Of a stretch of 64,000 nucleotides of DNA, positions 20,355 through 30,082 are shown one piece after another. The notes under the pieces are model-generated. The model had not been told where the DNA came from and searched no databases. It was given only the letters and a program-made list of their open reading frames with translations. The first letter of the stretch is position 1; each line of letters begins with the position of its first letter. This stretch comes from an uncultured delta proteobacterium (GTDB taxonomy: Bacteria > Myxococcota_A > Polyangia > Fen-1088), in assembly GCA_963796685.1 (NCBI GenBank), contig CAWCMR010000025.1, forward strand, positions 128,001-192,000, read 5' to 3'. The position numbers and the translations under genes were made by a program.

Positions 20355-20477
20355 GTGGTGGTCGTAGACGTCGTCGTGGATGTTCCCGTGGCCGTGGCCG
20401 TGGCCGACGAAGATCGCTCCGGCCACGGCCACGACCAGGACCACGACCACGACCTCCCGCGGCTATCGCGGGATTAC
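20355..20477. repeat. GTGGCC/CCACGA-rich REP-like element, copy 1
   Basis: Hexamer runs GTGGCC opposed by GGCCAC/CCACGA (hairpin-capable); ends gacctcccgcggctatcgcgggatta. Confidence 0.5.
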
Positions 20478-21515
20478 GGTCGCCGCGTCTGGCTTTCGTG
20501 CCACGTGGGACCGATCGCCCGACCATGGACCCGGGACGGCCGTGGTGGCGTCCCAGGGCAGAAAACCATCGACATTGAAGCCTCCCGGGCTCACGCCAAA
20601 GTGCTTCCGGAAGGCTTTGCGGAAGGCGTGCGTGGTACTGAAGCCACATTGGCGCGCCAGATCCTTGGCCGTGAATCCATCATCTCGGATCAGGTGCGCG
20701 GCGTGCTCCAGTCGAACGAGTCTGAGATATCGACCGGGAGAGATCCCCCAGATCTTCTCGAACAGACGGGTGAAGTGGAATCTGCTCATTTTCGCAACGC
20801 GCGCCAGGTCTGCGACACCCACAGGACGTGAATAGTTCCGCCGGCAAAACTCTTCGACCTCGAGGACGAAGGCGGGCACGGCCGGCAAGCGGCACTCGGA
20901 TAACTGCGCCGGCCGGCAACATTCGCCAAGCAACGCCATCAAGATTGCGTGGGCAGCCGATGAGCCCTGGGACGGCGACCCTATCCTCTGCTCCAGAGCA
21001 TCGGCGCACGCCCCGGCGACGCGCGCAAGTGTTGGCGAATTGGCGGCCAAGGTTACGACCGGGCCAACACTGTCCGCAACCTCGCGAATGCAACGAATCA
21101 CTTCACGACCGGCCAAGGTGACATAGAAGGATTCCCACCGTTCGCCGGCCTGGAGCCAATAGTGGTGTTCATAAGGATAGGATAGCAGGAGCGCCTGGCC
21201 CGGCCCGACGACGATTTGCCGATCGTAGTAGCGAAGCCGGGCGCGTCCGCTCAGGGTGTACCGGATGGCAGCCAACCCTCGGTTGCTGGGATTGCTCCCG
21301 TTTCCATTGTAGCTCGGGCCGCGCTGCAATTGGAAACCGGCGCTGTGGACTTGCGCCGGCATTGGACCCAGCAAGTCCGGAAACACCACCGATTCGCGAT
21401 GCCCCAACTCGAGCAGTCGGGCAATGCCGGGAACATCCTTCAGCGCCTTCCGGGTCACGTCGGCACGTCGCCGCGCCGGCGTCCCAGACCTGACCTCGTC
21501 GAAGCCCCGGACCAA
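20463..21515 (-). CDS. AraC-family transcriptional regulator
   Basis: Cupin-like YTLSGRA...GPGQALL; double HTH VADLARVAKMSRFHFTRLF...CGFSTTHAFRKAFRKHFGVSP. Confidence 0.9.
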   Translation of the reverse strand: MVRGFDEVRSGTPARRRADVTRKALKDVPGIARLLELGHRESVVFPDLLGPMPAQVHSAGFQLQRGPSYNGNGSNPSNRGLAAIRYTLSGRARLRYYDRQIVVGPGQALLLSYPYEHHYWLQAGERWESFYVTLAGREVIRCIREVADSVGPVVTLAANSPTLARVAGACADALEQRIGSPSQGSSAAHAILMALLGECCRPAQLSECRLPAVPAFVLEVEEFCRRNYSRPVGVADLARVAKMSRFHFTRLFEKIWGISPGRYLRLVRLEHAAHLIRDDGFTAKDLARQCGFSTTHAFRKAFRKHFGVSPGGFNVDGFLPWDATTAVPGPWSGDRSHVARKPDAATVIPR

Positions 21516-21525
21516 TCGAGCGTCG

Positions 21526-21723
21526 TCACGGCTTGCCGACGAAGGTCGTCACGGATTGCGCGGCAAGGGAGCCGGAGAACCGTCCGCCAGACACCGAGAT
21601 GGCCGTCCCAGCAGCCAGGTCCGAGCTCGCGGACGTGGCATACGGGGTGACCGCGCCTGGCCAGGCCGAGCCCGCGACGAAGAACGACACATTTGCAGGT
21701 GCTCTTGGGCGAAGGCGTTTCAT
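21526..21723 (-). pseudogene. Remnant resembling the C-terminal beta-domain of a GH30 xylanase
   Basis: VTPYATSASSDLAAGTAISVSGGRFSGSLAAQSVTTFV resembles GH30 C-termini; RBS plus ATG joined directly to it with no catalytic domain. Confidence 0.55.
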
Positions 21724-21984
21724 GGGTGATGACCTCTGGGTTCCAGAATGCGGAGACTGATGCAGTCACGCAGTGGCGCCTGCTACGCTTTTCCGTTAAG
21801 GAATCGGCCAGCCGATGGAGCGAAAAGAAGGCCCGACTCGGCCCGTGCGCACGGATCGCCTACCGCGTCAATTCGGGCGGACACCGCCGGCGCTGAGCTC
21901 GAATTCCATCACGTTCGCACGCGTCAACGTCGGGTCATCGAGGCGCCCTGCCAGCTTGGGACCCGGTAATCCACCAGACGTCCT

Positions 21985-22056
21985 CGCCGTCGTGGCCGAC
22001 GGCAATCACAACCGGTCACGGCCACGCCACGACCTTCTGCGGCTATCGCGGAATTA
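21985..22056. repeat. REP-like element, copy 2 (direct repeat of copy 1)
   Basis: gtggccgacg...cacggccacg...ccacgaccttctgcggctatcgcggaatta matches about 20400-20476. Confidence 0.5.
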
Positions 22057-22116
22057 GGGAGTCATGGCGACCCCTTGACCACCGGGATAGGCCAGCCGAT
22101 AGTCACACCTGTGGAG

Positions 22117-22914
22117 ATGGATGCACTTCGGCCCCACAAGACGCTCGCTGTCGCGGCAGTGCTTTGTCTTGCTGCGTGCAAACAGCCGCTGGTGGTCGGC
22201 GAATATAGGTGCCCTGCCAGCGCCCCGGAGGGAGGTAGTCCACCGAGCAAGAACGATCCGATCTCGATTCCTTGGGCAACGGGGTTCGAGGACCAATTCT
22301 GCGACTATCCGGATGTTACTGAGTCGGGATGGTGCTATGATTTTCCGCCGTCCTCGTACCAAATCGTCGCGTCCCCGGTCCATTCCGGGCAGTTTGCGGC
22401 AGCGTTCACCGTATTGACTGGCACTGACGGCGGATCTGGGCCGCAGGCGCGCTGTGCTCGGCAAGGCATATTCCCGGCCGAGGCGTACTATGGCGCCTGG
22501 TACTATATTCCGCAGCTTGCGACCAACAAGGACAACTGGAATCTGTTCCACTTCCAGGGCGGAAGTGTCGGTGGCTCGTCACAACACTTTCTTTGGGATG
22601 TGTCGCTGGTCAATGCCCCGACCGGTGAGCTGGACCTTCGCGTGTACGACGATTTGCAAAGCAAGAATGGCACCAGTGCCATTCCCATCCCGATTGGAAA
22701 GTGGTTTCACCTCGTGTTTTACTGGAAACGCGCAAAGGACACGACCGGTGAGGTGGCTCTGTACCAAGACGGAACCCAGGTCGTGGATTTCACCAATCTC
22801 ATCACCGATGATACCGACTGGGATCAATGGTATGTGGGCAACCTAGCCACCGCCTTGCAGCCTCCTCAGTCTACCGTGTACGTGGATGACGTCACCATTC
22901 GCGCGACCCCGTAA
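22117..22914 (+). CDS. Lipoprotein with polysaccharide-lyase-like/ConA jelly-roll domain (candidate sensor of ECF-2 cassette)
   Basis: LAAC lipobox; SPVHSGQFAA, EAYYGAWYYIP, IPIGKWFHL, GEVALYQDG, VYVDDVTI are typical of PF14099/LamG-like domains; start uncertain (22075-22117). Confidence 0.6.
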   Translation: MDALRPHKTLAVAAVLCLAACKQPLVVGEYRCPASAPEGGSPPSKNDPISIPWATGFEDQFCDYPDVTESGWCYDFPPSSYQIVASPVHSGQFAAAFTVLTGTDGGSGPQARCARQGIFPAEAYYGAWYYIPQLATNKDNWNLFHFQGGSVGGSSQHFLWDVSLVNAPTGELDLRVYDDLQSKNGTSAIPIPIGKWFHLVFYWKRAKDTTGEVALYQDGTQVVDFTNLITDDTDWDQWYVGNLATALQPPQSTVYVDDVTIRATP

Positions 22915-24100
22915 TCGAAGCCGATCGCGGATCTCGCGGTATGCCGGGGCCGCTCTGATGATTGGCTGGATGCTGCTGGGGCTGCTCGCGACGGCGACCG
23001 CGCTGGCCGAGCCGCAGCCGGCAATCGACATTCGCTGGGACGCACCGCCAGGCTGCCCGCAGGAAAGCGACGTGCGCGACCGGCTGCGCAAGCTTCTGGG
23101 ATCCGGTCGCCATGACAGCCATCTGCGCGCCGAGGGCACCATCACACGAATGGACAGACGCTTTCGCCTCGATCTCGTCGTGCGAGTCCGCGACATCGTT
23201 GGAACCCGCAGCATCGAATCGACCTCGTGCGAGGATCTGGCCGGCGCTGCGGCAGTGGAGCTTGGATTGCTGATCCATTCGACCGAGGCGGCATCCGAGC
23301 CAAGCCATCCGGGCACGCAGCCACCCAGTCTGGCGTCCGCACCGGGATCGGAGCCATCGAGCTCGCGCTCCGAGGGAACTTCGAGCTCGCGCTCCGAGGG
23401 AACTTCGAGCTCGCGCTCCGAGGGAACTTCGAGCTCGCGCTCCGAGGGATCGGAAGCCTCTTCGGCCTCGGGAAGGAGCGAGGGGAGCGCCGCAACTCGA
23501 GCACCCGAGGGCGCGAAATCCGAAAGCAAGACAGAAGCCAAGAGCGAGGCAAAGGAGGAACCTCCTTCGGTGGGGACGCAGCGGACCTGGCATGTGCTGG
23601 TGCAGGCGCCGCTCTTGGCACTGGGTGTAGGCCCCCTCCCACAGTCGACCCGCGGCATCGGACTCGCCCTCGGCCTCGAGTACGCAAGCTGGCAACTCCA
23701 AATTCAGGGACTATCTTGGCAACGGAAAAGTGTTTCTGCTCCCGGTTTTCCTGGCTATGGGGCAGACGTCGATCGCGTCAGCGCTGCATTGTGGGGCTGC
23801 CGCGAGCTACGCGGTTCCTGGTTCGGGTTTTCGCCATGCCTCACTGTGGGGGCGCAGCGAGTGTCTGCGATCGGCACTGGACGGAATATTGCTCCAAGCA
23901 CGCAACACGCAATGGGAATGGCCGCGGGCGCCGGCCTCCAGGCTCGCCTCCATCTTGCAAGCTGGCTGAGTCTGCTCGCGGCCGTGGGTGGAGAAATCGA
24001 GCTATCCCGCCCCCAGATCTCCGTGAAAGGGATAGGATCGGTGTACCAGTTCGCACCGGCCGCGTTGACTGCCGCGCTCGGACTGGAGTGGGTCCTGTGA
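22886..24100 (+). CDS. Exported protein with WDAPPGCP N-domain and probable small OM beta-barrel
   Basis: Signal peptide MIGWMLLGLLATATALA (start likely about 22958); Ser-rich linker; amphipathic strands ending LGLEWVL; directly precedes a sigma gene. Confidence 0.65.
   Translation: MTSPFARPRNRSRSRISRYAGAALMIGWMLLGLLATATALAEPQPAIDIRWDAPPGCPQESDVRDRLRKLLGSGRHDSHLRAEGTITRMDRRFRLDLVVRVRDIVGTRSIESTSCEDLAGAAAVELGLLIHSTEAASEPSHPGTQPPSLASAPGSEPSSSRSEGTSSSRSEGTSSSRSEGTSSSRSEGSEASSASGRSEGSAATRAPEGAKSESKTEAKSEAKEEPPSVGTQRTWHVLVQAPLLALGVGPLPQSTRGIGLALGLEYASWQLQIQGLSWQRKSVSAPGFPGYGADVDRVSAALWGCRELRGSWFGFSPCLTVGAQRVSAIGTGRNIAPSTQHAMGMAAGAGLQARLHLASWLSLLAAVGGEIELSRPQISVKGIGSVYQFAPAALTAALGLEWVL
23357..23449 (+). 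repeat. 24-bp tandem repeat, about 3.9 copies, encoding SSSRSEGT
   Basis: tcgagctcgcgctccgagggaact at 23357, 23381, 23405 and partial at 23429. Confidence 0.95.
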
Positions 24101-24116
24101 CGGAAAGCAGATCGGC

Positions 24117-24765
24117 ATGCCACTGCATTTTGGGAAGAAGATGATGATGGGAAGCAAATCGACCGCGCAGGTTTCTGCTGTCCCGTCCCATGCAGATCCT
24201 GCTCCAGACATTTCGGCCTTTCCCGTGCCTACCCTCCAAGCCATCTACAAGGAATATTTCGACTTTGTGTGGTCGTCGGCCAGACACCTCGGTGCCACGA
24301 GCGACGTCATCGACGACGTGGTTCAGGATGTGTTCATCGTGATCCATTTCAAGCTCGCGACGTTGCAAAGGCCGGAAGCCTTGCGCAGCTGGATCTATGG
24401 TATTGTGCGGCGTACGGTGAGCGACTACCGGCGGTCCAGACGGACCAGGGATGCCGCCGGAGCGAGGCTCGGCGCCGAGCTGCAAATCGGGCCGGCCATC
24501 CCAACCGTCGCCTCTCGACATGGCCGAGAGAAACGCCGAGCTGGAGCTGCTCGAGAGCGTCCTGGAAGAGCTCGACGAGTCGAGGCGGGAGGTCTTCGTC
24601 ATGGTGGAGGTCTTGGAAATGACGGTCCCGGAAGTCGTTCAATCACTTGAAATACCTTTGAATACAGCTTATTCACGGCTTCGACTGGCAAGGCAATCCT
24701 TCGAGGAAGCACTCGCCAAGCATGAGGCACGTGACAAGGAGAATAGGAAACCATGTCACCCTTGA
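24117..24765 (+). CDS. ECF sigma factor (ECF-2), +1 frameshift near 24485
   Basis: DDVVQDVFIV, LRSWIYGI in the first frame; REVFVMVEVLEMTVPEVVQSLEIPLNTAYSRLRLAR in the +1 frame. Confidence 0.85.
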
Positions 24766-25448
24766 GTCCCAAAGGACGCGATCTCGTCCGTGCCGGCCGG
24801 CGTGCTTTTCAACCCACGGATGGAGACCGCGAGAGACTCCTCAGCGCGCTACGCTCTCGACTGGGCGACGCCGCGCTTCCGCCCAACATGGGCTCGGCGG
24901 CGAACGTGGCCGCTGCGGCGAGCCGATCGATTTGGCCGCTCATCTCGGCGGTCGTGGTCGGCATCGGTATCGTCGGTGGATCCCTGTACCTTGCCCACCG
25001 CCCGGCCGCGCAAGCCAACCATCAGCAAGAGACAAGCTCCGCGCCGATCACCGAGCCGACACGGGAGACCGATCACATTGCAGCGCCATCCGCCGGGCAC
25101 CCAACAGGCGTCGCCGTCGCGCCGCCCGCGCCCGAGCTGCCCACGCCGTCCGTGTCCCACTCCCGCCATGCACAGGATCGGCTGGCCGCCGAGGTCGCGC
25201 TCCTCTCACGGGCGACCCGTGATTTGCGTGCCGGCCGCCCTGTGGAGGCTCTGAAATCCCTCGACGAGTATCGCCGCAAGTTTCCCAAAGGGCTGCTCGG
25301 CGAAGAGCAACGCGCAGCCAGAGCGCAGACGCTGTGTGCGCTAGGGCGGTTCGACGAGGCGAACGAGAAGATTGCCGGGCTTGCCCCGCAATCTCCGCTG
25401 GCGGTGCGAGCAAAGCAGTTCTGCGAGGCGCGCTTGGCGGCCCGATAG
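24753..25448 (+). CDS. Transmembrane anti-sigma-like protein with Pro-rich linker and TPR-like domain
   Basis: Overlaps the sigma stop; TM LISAVVVGIGIVGGSLYL; LAAEVALL...YRRKFPKGLLGEE...LCALGR. Confidence 0.75.
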   Translation: MSPLSPKGRDLVRAGRRAFQPTDGDRERLLSALRSRLGDAALPPNMGSAANVAAAASRSIWPLISAVVVGIGIVGGSLYLAHRPAAQANHQQETSSAPITEPTRETDHIAAPSAGHPTGVAVAPPAPELPTPSVSHSRHAQDRLAAEVALLSRATRDLRAGRPVEALKSLDEYRRKFPKGLLGEEQRAARAQTLCALGRFDEANEKIAGLAPQSPLAVRAKQFCEARLAAR

Positions 25449-25554
25449 GGATTCGTGACCTCGGTTCTGAAAGCGGCAGCGGTGGGCGCTGCTCCTAGCA
25501 CGTGCAAACCGACCGAGACGCACAGTGCTATTGGACGGCAAGAAATGCTCTTCT

Positions 25555-25583
25555 TGGACCAATTTTGAGAGATCAAGCGACTG
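25555..25583 (+). promoter_or_regulatory. Putative ECF promoter of the GH10 gene
   Basis: TGGACC-N17-CGACTG. Confidence 0.5.
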
Positions 25584-25657
25584 CTAAGTATGCCTTGGGG
25601 CGAAGGCACCTGTCTTCCCTCCGCCAGAGCTGAAGACATTCGAAACAAGCAAGGAGT

Positions 25658-27022
25658 TTGACGATGCATCTTCGATCAAGTTTGGTTCTTGGCATTGTGA
25701 CGGGAGTCGGTACCGTATTCGCATATGGTTGTTCGCCGTCGGGAGGGACCATGAGCGGCAGCGGAGGAAGCACGGCTTCGAGCAGCGGCGGGCAAGTTGG
25801 AACGGGTGGCGCATCGGAAAGCGGCGGCCAAGTCGGTACGGGTGGCGCGTCGGGAACCGGTGGCGCGTCGGGAACCGGTGGCAAGGTCGGGAGCGGTGGC
25901 GCGACGGGTACCGACAGCACGACGACAGGGAGCGGTGGGGCTACAGTCAGCGGCGGCAATACCGGCTCTGGAGGGGCTGCCGGCGGCGCGACGGGCATGG
26001 GCGGAACCGTGAGCAGGGACGGGGCCGTAGATGGCGCCGGCAAACGTGACGGCGGCGGCATGCGTGATTCCGGTCCAGCCACCACGGGCGGTGGGACTGG
26101 GACCGGCGGCTCGACCGGCGCAGGCGGCACATCTGGCCCCGGCGGCTCGACGGGCGCACCCGGAACGATCAGAAAGTACTTCGGCAACATCGATACCTCA
26201 GGTTCCATCCGCTCGGATTTCAAGTCCATGTGGGATCAGTTCAGTCCCGAGAACGCCGGGAAATGGGGCTCGGTGCAGGGCAGCTCTGCAAGCACCTTCA
26301 ATTGGTCTACGCTGGACGCCATGTACAAGTACACCCAGGACAACAATATCCTCTTCAAGGAGCACTGTTTCTTTTGGGCTGCTCAGCAACCGAGCATGGC
26401 GACCAACAGCAATATCGAGACCGTCGGCAAGGCGTGGATGAAGGCCTTCTGCGATCGCTACCCCAAGACCGCGATGATTGACGTCTTCAACGAGTCGCTG
26501 CACAACTCGCCGGCGTACAAGACCGGCATGGGCGGCACCGGCACCACAGGCTACGACTGGCTCATCAATGCCTTCACATGGGCGAGGGAGGCGTGTCCAA
26601 ACGCCATCTTGCTCTATAATGATTACAACACCATCGAGTACTCCAACGAAAACAGCGGCGTCATCAAGCTGGTGAAAGCCATCAAGGCCGCCGGCGCCCC
26701 CATCGACGGGGTCGGCTGCCAAGGCCACGATGTCGGCAAGGTCTCGGCGAGCACGGTGACGACTTACGTCAACAATATCATTAGCCAAACGGGCGTGCCC
26801 GTCTACATCACGGAGATGGACGTCGGGGAAGCCGACGACAACACGCAGATGACGAAGATCAAGGATGTCGTCACGCCGCTTTGGGCCAACGATCAGGTGA
26901 AGGGCATTACCTACTGGGGCTATATCGTCGGCCGGACGTGGAGAGACAATACCGGGCTCATGACGGACAGCGGCACGAAGCGCGCGGCGCTGACCTGGCT
27001 GCTGGGCTTCCTCGGCCGATGA
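25658..27022 (+). CDS. GH10 endo-1,4-beta-xylanase, lipoprotein with Gly-rich linker
   Basis: AYGC lipobox; PENAGKW, DVFNES (acid/base), YNDYN, GCQGH, YITEMD (nucleophile). Confidence 0.9.
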   Translation: MTMHLRSSLVLGIVTGVGTVFAYGCSPSGGTMSGSGGSTASSSGGQVGTGGASESGGQVGTGGASGTGGASGTGGKVGSGGATGTDSTTTGSGGATVSGGNTGSGGAAGGATGMGGTVSRDGAVDGAGKRDGGGMRDSGPATTGGGTGTGGSTGAGGTSGPGGSTGAPGTIRKYFGNIDTSGSIRSDFKSMWDQFSPENAGKWGSVQGSSASTFNWSTLDAMYKYTQDNNILFKEHCFFWAAQQPSMATNSNIETVGKAWMKAFCDRYPKTAMIDVFNESLHNSPAYKTGMGGTGTTGYDWLINAFTWAREACPNAILLYNDYNTIEYSNENSGVIKLVKAIKAAGAPIDGVGCQGHDVGKVSASTVTTYVNNIISQTGVPVYITEMDVGEADDNTQMTKIKDVVTPLWANDQVKGITYWGYIVGRTWRDNTGLMTDSGTKRAALTWLLGFLGR

Positions 27023-27048
27023 GCCGTTCCGTGGGACGTTGGGAACTG
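27020..27048 (+). promoter_or_regulatory. Putative ECF promoter, likely autoregulatory for ECF-3
   Basis: TGAGCC-N17-GAACTG, 29 nt before ATG 27078; overlaps the GH10 stop codon. Confidence 0.65.
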
Positions 27049-27077
27049 CAGTCCTAAGGAGCTAGACTGGACTATCA

Positions 27078-27716
27078 ATGGGCCCCCGCAGTTCCCATGT
27101 AAAGCTGGCGCTCGTGGGCCCGCCCGCACGCGAGCACCTGAGCGACGCCGAATTGGCGCGTGCTCTGATATCCGGTGCGGCGTGGGCCTATGCGGAAACC
27201 TGGAACCGCTTTTCTCCCGTCGTCTTCAACATGGCGATCAGCGCGCTGGGATCGCCATCGGAGGCTGAAGACATCGTCCAGGAGGTCTTTTGCCGTTTGG
27301 TCGGAAAGGCCAAGACCCTTCGCCAGCCGGAATGCCTCCGCAGTTTCATCGTCTCTTTCGCCATTCGCGTCCTAAAATGGGATCTGCGCCGCAGACGCGT
27401 GCACGGCTGGCTGACCTTCGAACCTGGGGAGGCGCTGATAGACGTGGTCCGAGTCTCCCTCGACGTCGAATCTCGTGACATACTCCGGCGTTTCTATGCA
27501 CTCTTGTCCCGGCTTGGCGCACGCGAGCGCCTGGCGTACGCGTTGAGGCACATCGAATCGATGACCATCGAGGAGACGGCGCAGGCCATGGACCTGTCGG
27601 TGTCGACGGTGAAGAGGCTGCATGAGCGAGCGACGGACCAGCTATCCAAGTGGAGCGAAACGGATTTCGAGCTGACCGGGCTTCTCCTGAGAAAGCGTGG
27701 GTGGCATGAGACCTGA
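27078..27716 (+). CDS. ECF sigma factor (ECF-3), paralog of ECF-1
   Basis: SDAELARALI, EAEDIVQEVF, SFIVSFAIR, LSVSTVKRL. Confidence 0.9.
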   Translation: MGPRSSHVKLALVGPPAREHLSDAELARALISGAAWAYAETWNRFSPVVFNMAISALGSPSEAEDIVQEVFCRLVGKAKTLRQPECLRSFIVSFAIRVLKWDLRRRRVHGWLTFEPGEALIDVVRVSLDVESRDILRRFYALLSRLGARERLAYALRHIESMTIEETAQAMDLSVSTVKRLHERATDQLSKWSETDFELTGLLLRKRGWHET

Positions 27717-29043
27717 TGTCGGTGGAACGCCCGATCCCTCTCCACTCGCCATCCTGACCGAGTTGGCCCGCGATGCGCGCAATCAGCTTCCCCGCCCCAC
27801 GCCCGAAGAACTGGGAGACAAGTGGGAGTTGGTCTCGACGCGTATTGCTGCGCAGAAGGCTCGTCGCAGGATCCTCATTCGACTTTCGATGGCTGGTGCG
27901 CTGGCCACCGCAGCAATAGCGGCATGGGTACTTCCGCGGCCGGGTCGACTGTCAGTGCCTGCCACGGCGCCGGCGGCCCTCAGCTATCGAATTGAAGGCG
28001 GAAACGTCGTAGACGGCGGCTACCTGCGCGAGTCCGGCTCCGACACGGTCAGGATGCGATTTACCGAGGGTACGGAATTCGTGCTCAGCCCGGGAACCCG
28101 GGCACGCCTGCGATCGGTCTCGAGCTCGGGCGCGCGCATCGCCATCGAACATGGCACCGCATCCTTCCAGGTCACACCGCGCAGCGAGGCGCTGTGGCAA
28201 GTCGACGTCGGGCCATTCCTTGTCACGGTGAAGGGAACCATGTTCACGGTTTCCTGGGATGCGGTCGGCGAACGATTCGATCTAAGACTCCGGCATGGCG
28301 AGGTGTCGGTGACCGGACCGGTTTCCACGGGAGCAATCTCCGTGAAAGCGAATCAGCGATTGGTCATCGATCTGCCCAAGAAGGAAACCGTGATCACGGA
28401 GGAAGACGATGGAGAGAGCTCTGCCGGGATCGGCTCCCCGCGGTCAGAGAGCACGGACCAGGTCAAAAGCCCCGCCTCCGAGCGCCCCTCGCCGTTGGTA
28501 GCCCGACCGACTGGCCAAAATCCCGCGTTGTCGACCGAACGGAGGACTGCCAAGTCTGGCGCGGGCCGAGGTTGGGGCGAAGCCGTGGCGGCAGGACAAT
28601 GGGATCGCGTCCTCACCGAGGTCGATCGCGCCGGCGTGAAGCAAACCCTGGCGCACGCCTCCAGTGAGGACCTTCTGGCGCTGGCCGACGCGGCCCGCTA
28701 TCGGCGACGAACGGGGCTGGCGCGTGCGGCGCTGCTGGCCGAACGCGATCGCTTCCCCGGATCCCCCTCGGCCCTGGACGCCGCGTTCCTCCTCGGCCGC
28801 CTCGAAGAATCGCGACACGGCGAGCGGCAAGAGGAGATGGTCGAGGCGATTCGGTGGTACGATACATACCTTTCGGGAGCGCCTTCAGGCACCTACGCTT
28901 CCGAGGCGCTGGGACGGAAGATCATTGCGACGAAAGGCCTCCGCGGGGCCGCCGCGGCCGAATCTCTGGCCAGGGAATACCTGCGACGTTTCCCTGGCGG
29001 CCCCTATGCCGGCGCCGCGCGCGAGCTGCTGCTTCATCCGTGA
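27697..29043 (+). CDS. FecR-like/TPR transmembrane anti-sigma factor, paralog of 16897
   Basis: Shared blocks GGYLRESG, GARIAIEHGTASFQVTPRS, ASSEDLxALADAARYRRR, ALDAAFLLGRLEE. Confidence 0.85.
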   Translation: MGGMRPDVGGTPDPSPLAILTELARDARNQLPRPTPEELGDKWELVSTRIAAQKARRRILIRLSMAGALATAAIAAWVLPRPGRLSVPATAPAALSYRIEGGNVVDGGYLRESGSDTVRMRFTEGTEFVLSPGTRARLRSVSSSGARIAIEHGTASFQVTPRSEALWQVDVGPFLVTVKGTMFTVSWDAVGERFDLRLRHGEVSVTGPVSTGAISVKANQRLVIDLPKKETVITEEDDGESSAGIGSPRSESTDQVKSPASERPSPLVARPTGQNPALSTERRTAKSGAGRGWGEAVAAGQWDRVLTEVDRAGVKQTLAHASSEDLLALADAARYRRRTGLARAALLAERDRFPGSPSALDAAFLLGRLEESRHGERQEEMVEAIRWYDTYLSGAPSGTYASEALGRKIIATKGLRGAAAAESLAREYLRRFPGGPYAGAARELLLHP

Positions 29044-29053
29044 ACGATCCGCC

Positions 29054-30082
29054 GTGCGTCGGCTGGCAATCGACGTCGTCCTGCTGACGGTGCTTCTCTG
29101 GGCTGTGGATGCTTCGGCAGCCAGCGTGATGCTCGTGCGGCCGCCGAATCCGTCCGCCCCCATGGCCGAAGCCATCGTGCGCGTGCGCGGCGAGCTCATA
29201 TCCGAGGGCTTCCAGGTGGATGTCATGGACGGACTCAAGGGCGCGGAATCGCGCGCTTGGCTCGAGCAGCTGGCGGAAGCCCACAAAGCAGATGCGGTCG
29301 TCGCCGTCCTCGGCGATGAAACACCGGACTCGGTCGAGGTTTGGGTGATCGACAAGGTAACCGAAAAGACGGTCGTCCGACGAATACCCTTCAAGCCGCA
29401 ATCCGACCACGCAGCCAAGACCTTCGCCATTCACACGCTCAAGCTTCTCCGCGCCAGCTTTCTGGAAATCGACCTCCGGCTCGGTGGCCGGCCTAGCGAA
29501 GCCAGGTCGGTCCCTCCGGAGGTGGAACACTTTGTCGATGGCGAAAACCCACCCCATCGGGAGGGACGCTTCGGCGTCGAGCTCGGTGGCGCGGCGGTCA
29601 TCGGCCTTGGCGACATCGGGCCGGCGCTCCTCCCCGTCATGCGCCTGGGCTGGGCCATCCGGCCATCGCTGGTCGCCCAGGTGACGGTGGGGGGGTACGG
29701 GTCGCGTCCCAGCGTCCAAACCGACGTGGGCAGCGCCCAGGTCGCCCAAGAATTTGCCGTGCTCGGGGCACGCTACCGATTTCTTCCCGGTCGTCGCGTA
29801 CGCCCCACCCTCTCTCTTTCGGCGGGGGTGCTTCACTCCCGCGTCGAGGCCCAGGCCCCGGCCGATTCGCCCTACCAAAGCCGAGATGCGGCCTTGTGGT
29901 CGTTTCTGCTCGATGGCGGTGCCGGCATTGGGGTCGCACTTGCCGAACGGTTCGAGATAACATTGGCGGCCCATGCACAAATCGCGAACCCATATCCCGC
30001 CATCCGCTTCGACAGATCGGTCGTGGCCACGTCCACCCGTCCCAGTCTTCTTTTCATCCTGACGATTGGGGCTTGGCGATGA
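29054..30082 (+). CDS. Periplasmic N-domain + small OM beta-barrel protein, paralog of 18212
   Basis: GTG start; signal peptide; PDSVEVWVxDKVT, LLRASFLEIDL, WSFLLDGG; ends LTIGAWR. Confidence 0.7.
   Translation: MRRLAIDVVLLTVLLWAVDASAASVMLVRPPNPSAPMAEAIVRVRGELISEGFQVDVMDGLKGAESRAWLEQLAEAHKADAVVAVLGDETPDSVEVWVIDKVTEKTVVRRIPFKPQSDHAAKTFAIHTLKLLRASFLEIDLRLGGRPSEARSVPPEVEHFVDGENPPHREGRFGVELGGAAVIGLGDIGPALLPVMRLGWAIRPSLVAQVTVGGYGSRPSVQTDVGSAQVAQEFAVLGARYRFLPGRRVRPTLSLSAGVLHSRVEAQAPADSPYQSRDAALWSFLLDGGAGIGVALAERFEITLAAHAQIANPYPAIRFDRSVVATSTRPSLLFILTIGAWR

Noticed and set aside
20235-20450. His-rich small membrane protein ORF
   Set aside because: It is a translation of the GTGGCC/CCACGA repeat element, with no RBS support.
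23357-23449. Possible CRISPR array
   Set aside because: Repeats are contiguous with no spacers, in frame within a CDS, and no cas genes are present. The same applies to the 147-bp repeats at 8205.
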